64,000 nt of DNA from Takakia lepidozioides (Eukaryota; Plantae; Bryophyta). Each line of letters begins with the position of its first letter. Position 1 is the stretch's first letter. Below, in pieces: positions 12,401 through 22,131 of this stretch. Where the stretch lies: NCBI GenBank assembly GCA_030704615.1, contig CM060733.1, positions 14,508,001-14,572,000 of the forward strand, read 5' to 3'. The notes beneath the pieces are model-generated. The model made no database searches. It had not been told where the DNA came from and saw only the letters and a program-made list of their open reading frames with translations. The position numbers and the translations under genes were made by a program.

Positions 12401-14304
12401 TTCTTACGAGTCCACTGCACTTGGTCACCTCTTGTCCTGTTATTCAAGGTCAAAAGCTGAAGCTCTTCTAGACAGTTAATTAACCGTCTGCCATTAGAAT
12501 TCAGCTAGTCCTCACCAAAAGGTCCAATGATATCGTCCTGATGGATCCCTTTGCCCACCCGGGCATTGAAGTCCCCCAATAGTACCACCTGACCTTTGGC
12601 AAGGAACGAAGCACAGTCCAGCTTTACATCTTCGAAGGCCTTGTCTGCGTCAGCACTAAGGGTCCCCTCTGTGGGCATGTAAACACAACCAACAAAGAGG
12701 TCCTTTGTACTCATGCCGCCCTTCAAATTCAGTTTTATCCAGATACTATGCTCGTACCTCAAACCCTTGTTGATAATTTCACAATTGTCAAACAAGAAAT
12801 CACGGACAAAGAATCCGACCCCTTTTTGACCGCGTTTGGCAGAGGCTGCCTTGAGAGTACACATCTTACCTGCCCATTTATAACCAATGACATCTCCAAC
12901 CAGTTTATCCGACGTTTCCCATGTTTCTTGCCCAGCACAGATATGAATATCATTAGTCCGAAGAACTTGTCCCACTTCAAGTTGTTTCCTTTGGTTGGTC
13001 AACCCTGAGAAGTTGAAAGTGGCCAGCCGCAAGCCAGCCCTTTGCGTGAATTGTTTGTCGTCTAGGTAGCTTGTGATTGCTCCTGTACGGCCAACCGTTC
13101 TGCAAAGGGGGGACAGTTACCCCATGTGTAGATTTTGCTCGTCTTGTGTAAACTTTGAGAATTGGTAAACCATTCAGGGTACCAAATCTTTCAGTTACAC
13201 GACGCACAGGCTCCGCACACATAGGGGCAGATTGTCCATCAGACTGCTTGGGGACAATTACCCCGTGTATAGATTTTGCTCGTCTTGTGTAGACTTTGAG
13301 GATTGGTAAACCATTTAGAGTACCAAATCCTTCAGTTACACGACGTTCAGGCTCTGCACACTTAGGGACAGATTGTCCATCTGACGGCTTGGGGACAATT
13401 ACCCCGTGTATAGAATTTGTTCGTCTTGTGTAAACCTTGAGGATTGGTAAACCATTCAGAGTACCAAATCCGTCAGATTCAGGACGTTCAGGTTCCGTAC
13501 ACTTAGGTGCATCTTGTCCTTCTGGCTGTTTGGATTCAACCTCATCCAGAGCATCAAACCGATTAGAAACTCTCAAGTTGAAGTTGTTGCCCTTGGTTGT
13601 CTTCCTAGAGCGCCCCATTGAATCACCAATGTCTAAGACCGCTCTCCAGCCAGTCAAGGGACGAACTTCTTTGAGATTGAATTGATGCGGGACTCTATTA
13701 GAAGCACTTTTGGTCATTGCAACCTTCAACGTACCCCTGTTATCAAGTCTCGAGATGGTACCATTAGCCATGAAATCCAAGCCTAAGCTAGAGCATGTAG
13801 TTTTAAAGGACACATCGTCCATCCTGGGATTCACCCCAAAAACTACACATGAAGCCCTAGATTTGGCATAAGTAACCAATTCCCAGGGATCACCCCGAGG
13901 AGTGTTGATGTTGATAGGAGCTAAATTTTTTATTGTTTTCGCAGGCCATAAGTTTAAGCACAGGAACCAACCCGAGCCCAAGTGCCGAGTATGCTAGACA
14001 GAGCATACAACTGCCCAATTTGGGCGGAGGGGCTGCCCCCAAGCGGTAGGAGTCCGCTTGTTACCATTCAGAGATCACACTCCAGGGAGTTGCAGGGAAT
14101 GGCCCGTGTAGGCATATTCTAAAGAGGGAAAGGCCCCAAGCTTTCCAACTAAATCCAATGCACTACCTTACCTGAAGCAAAGCGCTTCAGGTCGAAACAA
14201 ACAAGGACACGAGGTCACAAGGCCGGCATTTAGTCACAGAGACATTAATGTACTCCCGTTTCAAGTCCACCCAATGTCAATAGGCTTCCTAGAGGACAGG
14301 GAGA
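9450..14304 (-). mobile_element. near full-length APE-type LINE (RTEX/RTE-like; clade uncertain), frameshifted
   Basis: ORF1 12977-13981. APE 12505-13032 and 11068-12453 (ATFNFSG, QETW, GDFNA, VDYI, SDH). RT 10272-12453 (QAGFR, AYDTV, QGCTLSP, FADD). C-terminal CPLC..H..C at 9709-10338 and 9456-9824. Flanked by tggacgaaagaga at 9437 and 14305. Confidence 0.9.
13110..13520 (-). repeat. ~3.3 x 120 bp coding tandem repeat (40 aa) in LINE ORF1
   Basis: PKCAEPERRVTEGFGTLNGLPILKVYTRRAKSIHGVIVPKxSDGQS unit repeated three times in ORF 12977-13981. Confidence 0.9.
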
Positions 14305-14317
14305 TGGACGAAAGAGA

Positions 14318-14360
14318 TTGTACTCATAAGACGGTGTTTGCCGTAGCCTTGTGGCCATTG
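14318..14360 (-). mobile_element. ~43 bp extreme 3' fragment of the same LINE, between two copies of the target duplication
   Basis: tgtactcataagacg.tgtttgccgtagccttgtggccattg matches 9451-9492; flanked by atggacgaaagaga on both sides. Confidence 0.8.
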
Positions 14361-14807
14361 ATGGACGAAAGAGAGAGGAAGAGACAGAAACAGAGACAGA
14401 GAACCAGGGGGTGGGTTGCTGATTCCTCTGTATGTCTTAGTTGTACCTTCCCTTAAGCATCTTGTTCTCCACTGTGGTGAGCCAGTCATGGGTGATAACC
14501 AGGTGACACTTATTGTCAAATTGCTACACTTACTCACAGTCAATCACAATCTGTTTGCAGGGATTTGAGTGTTGGTTGAAGAGACTCAGTGCCAATACTG
14601 ATGGTATTTGCCTGAACATGCATATCCTATGAACTTATTTTTTCGCGACTGCCAACACGCTCACAGAGGCACTTGTCTGCGTGCAAACTCGACAGCCCGG
14701 TTGCAGGTTTATTTATTTTAGTTTGTATAGACCTACGTATACCACAAATTACATGTATAGGGAAGGCATCCGCCCCTCACTCTGGGTTGTGTGCAAAAGT
14801 AGAGAGA

Positions 14808-15985
14808 GAATGTATTCAAAAGACTTTGTTTGCTGTAGCCTTGCGTCCATAGACCCTGCACCCTGTTTGGACGGAAATTTCATAGGGAAAATAGGCACTA
14901 CCTTTGTGAGGGGCTCACTCGAGTAGTCTGACTTACCTTGGTATAAACAATTAGTTTGGGCTTTCCAGATATCCTCTAGAAAGCCTTTCACACACGCATC
15001 AATCTGCTGTGTGTCAGCAGCCCAAAAGTTAGACCCCACAGGGCCAGGCCTTTAGGCTCAGCCTTGAGATTTTCAAAGTTGGTGAACAGAGGTGCAGGAA
15101 CCATATTCATGATGTTCTCGAAGAGGGCCACTCTCTGGTGAGAATACCCCGAACAATGTATCAGAAAATGAAAATTGTCTTCAGGTTCCCCGCACATCAG
15201 GCATCCTTTTCCTCTCTGCATCTGTTGATTGTTCGAAGGTAGGCTTCCCAACGGCCTGGGCTTTTGGCTCAGCCTCAAGATTTTCAAAGTCGGTAAACAG
15301 AGGTTCAAGAACAAATCCCTTGAGGGATGTGAAAAGGGTGTCTCTCTGGTGAGAGTACCTAGGACAATGAATCAGAAAGTGGACATTGTCTTCAGGTTGC
15401 ACACACAATGGGCATTTGCAATCCCCCTTTCCTCTCTGCATCTGTTTGCTGTTCAAAGGTAGGCTTCCTGCCCTGAGTTTAAAATTCAGAGTGGGTAAAC
15501 CCCTGAGGTCATCCATGAGGGCCTCACCCATGTCACAGACTGGAAACAAGTTCAGGGAAGTTTTCTGCCTAACTTCATGTTCATCAGACAATTTCCTGGC
15601 AACAGACATGGCTTTGGACACTACATCCTGTAAGTCAGATTTATCCAGCAGGGTCAAGACTTGGGGACTTCGATTCAGATCCTTGAAAGTCTCTTCTACC
15701 CTCTTCCTCCAGGACTTGCCTGTTTTTCAGGGCGATCCTGCTTCCAAGTTATAGAGTCAATTAACTTAGGATATCTGATATTAGTCATACGTTGCAGCGG
15801 ATCCCACCATCTGACCTTGAATTCATTTCGTCTGGGAGGTTAAGGGAGGAATGTCGAGAATGTACTCATAAGACGTTGTTTGCCGTAGCCATGTGGCCAT
15901 TGACCCCGCACTCAGTTTGAGCGGAACACAAGGGACAGAAACTACCTTTGTCAGAGGCTGACGCCGGTAGTATGAGTTACCATTG
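14808..15985 (-). mobile_element. two further 5'-truncated copies of the LINE 3' end (14808-15835 with an internal duplication of the Zn-finger segment; 15856-15985)
   Basis: ORFs 14749-15039, 14988-15314, 15181-15657 and 15823-16014 parallel ORFs 9456-10338; same 3' terminus gagaatgta(c/t)tca. Confidence 0.88.
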
Positions 15986-15990
15986 AGGAG

Positions 15991-17889
15991 AGAGAGAGAA
16001 GATATACATGTCATGTCAAGACATGGACAAGACCACTAAAGTCATTGTCATTGAAAGACAAAGCAACCCTTTACAGGGCATCATCTAACAACCCCTTTTA
16101 CCAACTCATTTGAACATCTTATAACTTTTCAGGGTATCTGAAAAAACAGGGTGGGAGGGCGGGATTCCTGGTCATTCATATCCTGAAAGCCCTATAAGTT
16201 GACATAAAGCATTCATTTTTTGTTGTTGACATGGGTCAAGCCTTACATAATCTAGTTCTTGAGCCATTCATCTTCCTAAAACAACATCCTGTGTAGGCGT
16301 GAAACTGATCTGTCAGTGCCAAGACACATGCAAGATTCATAAAGTAGAAGCGGGGCTAAGTTTTTATCAAGTATATGTAAGCCTGGATAATCATTCCAGG
16401 ACTTCAAGATCAAAACTCTGCCATAGTATAAGGTAGGAAGCGCACAACATCTACCAGCAAGCAGTTCTTGAAAACCAAAATACTGATGGGGTCAGGTCTG
16501 AAGGTGCTTCAGTGCCAAGTCATAAGCCAGATTTCTAACAAAACAAAACATAGGGCTGAGTACCCTTAAGTAGATATGGGCCTGAAGTGGTATTCCAGGG
16601 CCTCATAACAAGCTCTGCTAGTTAAAGAAATGAACTCAGAAACCATTGTCCCCTATCATGCAATGAAATAGTGGTGATATAAGAGCCTTGAAGAATGTTT
16701 GTTATCACAAGGTCTATCTTCTGATCCATCAGAGCCAGGCCATGGTGTTTCATTTCAGAGCTTAGTTTCCATGCTGCCAAGCTATAGTCGCAGCCATGTA
16801 CCTTTGTTAAAAACATCCAGAGCTTTCAACAGAGATTTTGTTTTCTATGAAGTCCCTTGTGTGTCTTAACTCCAAAATGTATAAAAGTGGTTATCAAGAA
16901 CCAAAAACAGGGATAAGGAGTAAGAAGGTGATCCTCATTAGAGCAGACTTGAAGCCGATTTGAGGCAGCAAGATGGCAGATTTGAAACAACAGTTGGTAT
17001 CAGCAACTTCAGGCGGTAGCAGCAATCCCTTATGCATGAATCAGACTCTGCAAGCTTCAATAATTCAAGACAAGTGAAGACCCTCACCTGTGCCCGTCCC
17101 AAAAACCACCACATAGAGATGTGTGTTAGTGAGGATGCATCAGGTGAGTGGCAGGTTTTCACAGTTGCTATCCATGTCAGTGTTGAATTCCAAAGCATGT
17201 ACAAATCGTAATCCAAGCAAGGGTACACTCAAAAGAAACCTTGAGCGTTTGCGGTATGCCCTGCGCCATGGCATCCAGTAGATGTCTCCAGCAGAACGCA
17301 ATCAAAGTAGATAGAGATCAGCTCATACAGAAAGAGAGCAACATGTAATCTGTGGCTAAGTAGGGGTGGAGTACTTCCCAACGAGGAGTAAGAGCGCCGC
17401 TGCGAATTTAACAGAATCATAAATTTCTGAGCAGAGCGATCACTGCAATGTCGACTGCCAGAGAAGAATCTGTCTATCTGCCATTGCGCATCCCAAAAGC
17501 CAGCCATCACGAGTACCATGTAGCCGCAAGGGAGCAGGTTTACACGGCGCATCATCAAGGATCATAGAAGCACGAGTTCAGTGCTGTGAAATATGTCGGC
17601 CCGTTTAGGGCATATCTTCCCGATTTTTCATCCAGGGTGGATGAAAAATCACATTTTTAAGAGATGCACTTTGTTAATGGATGATATCCCATAAAAAGGT
17701 ATCTTAGGGTTACGGTATAGGCTTAGGTTTAGTAACTGCCATCATTAATGATGGTACAGATTACTACCTCTTGGATTTTTAGAATAGGTCACCAGTATTC
17801 ATGTATTTCATCCAGTTTAGATGAAAGAAGCAAATAGTAAATATCAGGGCCAAATGAAATCCAAAAAGTTATAGAGGGAGAGGGAGAGA
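15991..17889. repeat. direct repeat copy A (downstream pseudo-LTR)
   Basis: Matches 22132-24031 with offset 6141/6142; only one 1-nt indel seen by eye (ccaagc ~16780 vs ccaaagc ~22920). Confidence 0.95.
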
Positions 17890-17931
17890 GGGAGAGAGAG
17901 GGACCCACCAGCCAATCCCCTGGCATGGCAT

Positions 17932-18003
17932 AACCTTACGGAATGAGTGTGGTATGCACTCACCCCGTAAGGGAGTGCATACCAGACCTCTTCTCATAAG
18001 GTT
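17932..18003 (-). other. long stem-loop in the element's 3' UTR
   Basis: tggtatgcactc / gagtgcatacca 12-bp stem (17950-17984) enclosed by aacctta / taaggtt. Confidence 0.7.
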
Positions 18004-18164
18004 TCCCTCTTCCATGTAGTTCTATCATCGGATTATATTATCCAAGGGAGTAGAATCCTACATCCTCATTTCCTCGGCTCATGAATGAAACATTAGTATA
18101 AAAATGTGACATAGCAAAACTAGTATAGTATTACTAGCAAAGAACATAGAGTTCAATGGTATAC

Positions 18165-20387
18165 TTAGCTCTGGATAGGTTTTTGGAAAATACCTTTCAG
18201 TTTCTCAATAAGCTCATGTACAGGGAAGAACAAGCCAGGGAATGAGCCTTGTTCAAGGAACCTTGTCAAGATACGAGCAAGTTTCCTGGTCTTAAAACCA
18301 TTCCTCCCAAGAGTGTTAATCAGAATGCTGCATTCCTTCCAAGCCAAAACAGCATTGCTGGAAATGTATAGAATAGGCACAGCTTGTGAAATCACAATGT
18401 TGTAGGATTGATTCACAGGCCTATTGGATAAGAACTGGATATATTGAGTGTAAGAGAAAGGAAGTAGTCTTCTCTTGTCATATTTCTGGAAATAGAACTC
18501 ACCTGTGTCACTGTTTGAGACTGTAATCTGGATATTCATGAAACAAGCTTCCAACCCCACGTATTGGGAATCGGTTTTGGTACGTAGTAGCTCAGGTTTG
18601 ATCTCCACTACATTGAGTGGGTAGATCCACCAAGGGTTGTTGTTGCTTCTGTCTGCCTTTGGGTCCAGGAACAGCATTGCATCACCCACATTCAGCCAGC
18701 ATATATCATCAATGTATCTGAAGGCAGATTTAAACAAAGGCATGAGCTGGAATTGTCCCAAAGCTGCAAGCCTTAAGATGAATTTGATCTCGTAAGAAAG
18801 GAAGTACATGTTGGACCATAATGGTGAGCATGAAAAACCCATAGGTATTCCAGAAATCTGCTGCCACACACGGTCCCCTAAGGCAACAAAACAGTGTGAC
18901 ATAAGCCATTTGTGGAGCATAAGTAACTTGGCTTCAGAAAGCTCAATCCAAGTACCTGATTTCGGGGAGGACGTGCCCCACCTACTTTTCCGGAAAGTAC
19001 CGTTTTTGGCTGGAATCCATAGAGTATGACGTGCCCGGGGGTGAGACATATGGTGTTGCTGGAATGCAATCTTCACCACGTATTCAATGGCGTCCCCTAG
19101 GTTATCCTGACCTGTCAAAGGTATGTTCTCATAGCATTGTGTAATGTCAGCCACAAAGATGTTATGGACTTTTGCAGGCAGGTTTAGTGTAAAGTCAGTG
19201 ATGGAATCAATAATCCAATACATAGCAGTAGATACTTTGAAAAATTGCTCATAAGTATCCAGCCTTGTTTTGGTCCATTCTTTTACCAATGGTAGAAGAT
19301 CCATGGTAGCTCTTGTAAGGAGGCTAGCTAGTTCACTGAAAACACATTTGTGGGCATTGGTAATCCATCTGTATTTTTTCTTATGTAGCTTGTAGATTCC
19401 CATAATGTAAGGTAGTCTACAGGAGGGAACAGGTATCTCCGGAATCAAACTCTGTATTTCCACGGAAATGTTTCCTAGAACAAGGTCAGGTGGCAGCCAT
19501 ACCTCATCTTGCTTGCATGGTGTAAAGTCTTTACCCATCAATCTGTGGAATGCTTGGATTCTTACGTGCTTCACACACATAAAACATACATTGTTGTTAG
19601 CCTTGTCAAGACCAGAGAAATACAGGTGATTGAGAAGCCATGAAAGTTCGTCTTTTGCCTCTTTTACAGTAAGAGGATTGCGCTCATGGTGAGTGAAGTC
19701 ATACCTTCTTCTGCCGGCTTTTTGTTTCAGTCTATCCCAGCATGTGTTTTTTACCCATTGGTTGCAGGTTGCAGCCCAAGATTCACATGGGTCTATATGC
19801 AAAATTTCACAGGTTCTGTGGAAAGCCAAAGACACTTGTTCAACAACGTCTTTTAGTAAAGTACGTTTGAGAGGGATGTGATTCATACCTAGGCTGAATA
19901 ATTCTTTCAGCTTTGCGTGTTTAATAATGTTCAGGTCCATGGTACGTACGTGTTGCGTAGGTGTAGAACCAGACAGATGGAATTCTGATTTTGTATCCAC
20001 ATCCCGAAAATCATGAAACCTCTTGGCACTGTCACATAGACAATCTGGTGAGTGAATCAAGTCTTGCATAAAGCAAAAATCACGGAAAACAACAGCAGGC
20101 TGATAGTATTCAGAACTGCTTTGTTTATGATATGTCCATCCAAAAACTATCTCATCGATGAGAATAGCTAAGTCATTTTGCCCAAATTCCAGAAAGGCTT
20201 CTTTTATCAGGTTCTTAGGGTGTATCCACTCCATACCACGGTTTGGGTATAACATATGAATGAATCCCAAAGGAGCAGGTTTTGCTGCCTGTTTTATGAA
20301 TTTCCTGCCATGGGCATGAGTTTCAATTTGTTTGCAACCATCCTCAAAGACATATAACGCATCTGCACATACAGAGTAGAGGAACAT
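18165..20387 (-). CDS. Penelope-like reverse transcriptase (Naiad/Chlamys-like N-terminal CxC..H region), no GIY-YIG
   Basis: 740 aa. CLC...HVRTMDLNIIKHAKLKELFSLG, DKANN, ADITQCYENIP, QISGIPMGFSCSP, FRYIDD, YDKR, SNRP thumb; protein ends shortly after NGF. Confidence 0.88.
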   Translation of the reverse strand: MFLYSVCADALYVFEDGCKQIETHAHGRKFIKQAAKPAPLGFIHMLYPNRGMEWIHPKNLIKEAFLEFGQNDLAILIDEIVFGWTYHKQSSSEYYQPAVVFRDFCFMQDLIHSPDCLCDSAKRFHDFRDVDTKSEFHLSGSTPTQHVRTMDLNIIKHAKLKELFSLGMNHIPLKRTLLKDVVEQVSLAFHRTCEILHIDPCESWAATCNQWVKNTCWDRLKQKAGRRRYDFTHHERNPLTVKEAKDELSWLLNHLYFSGLDKANNNVCFMCVKHVRIQAFHRLMGKDFTPCKQDEVWLPPDLVLGNISVEIQSLIPEIPVPSCRLPYIMGIYKLHKKKYRWITNAHKCVFSELASLLTRATMDLLPLVKEWTKTRLDTYEQFFKVSTAMYWIIDSITDFTLNLPAKVHNIFVADITQCYENIPLTGQDNLGDAIEYVVKIAFQQHHMSHPRARHTLWIPAKNGTFRKSRWGTSSPKSGTWIELSEAKLLMLHKWLMSHCFVALGDRVWQQISGIPMGFSCSPLWSNMYFLSYEIKFILRLAALGQFQLMPLFKSAFRYIDDICWLNVGDAMLFLDPKADRSNNNPWWIYPLNVVEIKPELLRTKTDSQYVGLEACFMNIQITVSNSDTGEFYFQKYDKRRLLPFSYTQYIQFLSNRPVNQSYNIVISQAVPILYISSNAVLAWKECSILINTLGRNGFKTRKLARILTRFLEQGSFPGLFFPVHELIEKLKGIFQKPIQS

Positions 20388-20404
20388 ACCAAAAAATGAG
20401 ATTT

Positions 20405-22120
20405 TTACAGATCATTCCAAGATCCAAAGTCTCGTTTGTGTATTGGGGAGAACTCGTCAGTGATACGACGAGTCTTGTATGACTCCTGGCTGGCGATGTT
20501 GATGGTGGTACTGGAATTAGCACCCGAACCCCCAGTTGAGGACCGATTCGTTGCTCTTGAATTCTCAGAGGTGTTGGTAGAGTAATGTCCCCTGCCAGAG
20601 CGTCCTCCTCTTTGGTAGAGACCTCTTCCACGACCAGGGGTACCTCTTCCCCGGGCAGTGCTGCTCTTGCCTTGTTGAGGAGGCATCTGCCCCTCCATAC
20701 GCTGCCGTTTGTAGCTATTGAATTGTGGCCTGGGAAGGCTGTCTGAAAAAGACCCAGGTTTCACGAGTTTCTCAATGTATCTGGCCCCCTTGGATTCTCC
20801 TAACTTCGCAAGCAGCTTGGCTTGTGGGTCATTTGAGAATTCACAGGCTGCTTCCATTATGAACCCTCGGGTCATCTGGAAAGTAATTTGTGCCAGTACA
20901 GCAGATCTGGCAGCCCGCATGATCCATACCAGAAAATTGTAATACTTGGTTTGCACCGAAGGATAGGTATCATCAGGGAAGAACACAATCAGATTGTTCA
21001 GCATATACCAAACCATATGGTCAAACCAAGCAACACTCCCAATGCAAGAAGAAGGTGCCCCTCCTTGTCCACAGTTGCATCTTATGTAGGGACGATGCCA
21101 ATTGAAGAGTTGACTCTTATGGTTCTTGGATCTGGCTGATCCAGTCGGCAAATCATTTTTGGTCCTCAAGGTAAGGTTCTCACCTTTGTCACAGAGCTTG
21201 TAGTAGAAGGTCCTTAGTGGCCACGCCACGGCAATAGGTTCCTTTTTTATTCTCTGAAGACCCTCCTTAGCATCCTGTGCACATCTACTGCGTTCAGCAG
21301 GAGTTATGTTGCCCCATTTGACCCACATTTCAATGGAAATGGGTGCCAATAGGTTGATATTAGCATGTGGATGCCACATCATATGATCGTTATTGGCAAC
21401 CTCTAATTCAACTGCACGGGGAGGCAACCAAGGGACAAATTGCAGATTTCCAGGAGTGGCACCTGCTGCTCTTTCTTGTTCCACTTGTGAGAGTTCTACT
21501 TGTTCACAGAATTCTCTCACTGCCTCTTTTTCTTCATCCGGTAAAATCATGTGCCCAAGGATTGGGTGATTACTTACAGAAGGGATGAAGTCTTTTTCAG
21601 AGGTGTTTGCAGATTTCTGCGTGGAGACAGTCTGGTCATCTTCCGGGTTCGCCATTCTAAGAGCAGCCTCAATGGCTGATCCCTTCTTTTCCCATTGTAT
21701 CAGCTCCTCGGCATCATCTTCCAGTACCTCAATCATTTTAGTATTGAACTCCTGGAGCTTCTCCAGGTACCTGCCATTCTTATTTGCCATGATGCCAAGT
21801 GCAACCCAATTTTCCAAAGCCAAAGTCTCAAGTAGTAATACGGGATTTTCATCACCTGAATTTTCCAAGGCCTCAGTGTCCATCTTTTGTAATGTAGCAT
21901 GGAAGTCACTTGGTGTGACTTGTGCGAGGGTTGCTTGTACAGCAGGAATTGGAGGAGGTAGAGGGGACTGATACCCCAGAGCTACGAGGTCCTCATTCCA
22001 TCTAGGGTCTCCTTTGGTGACCTTCTGTCAAAGTCCCCCCGAAAAAACTTGTCAGTGCATCATAATGAGAAGGTGAAAAGGAGATGGGTAGATGATGTGT
22101 ACAAATACCACTAAGTACAT
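20405..22120 (-). CDS. ORF1 of the PLE-like element, unknown function (~543 aa if spliced; predicted intron 22025-22108)
   Basis: The 492 aa ORF frame stays open upstream to TGACAG at 22025-22030 (acceptor). ATG TAC TTA GTG|gtattt at 22120-22103 gives an in-frame donor. Helical N-terminus, CNC-x8-C-x8-H motif, RGG-rich C-terminus. Confidence 0.75.
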
Positions 22121-22131
22121 TGGTCAAATAA

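Noticed and set aside
20420-20490. Hammerhead-like core on the minus strand (CUGACGA..GAGA) in the PLE
   Set aside because: GAGA replaces GAAA, stems I and II are poor, and it lies in coding sequence. No canonical hammerhead was seen by eye; an Infernal search is still worthwhile.
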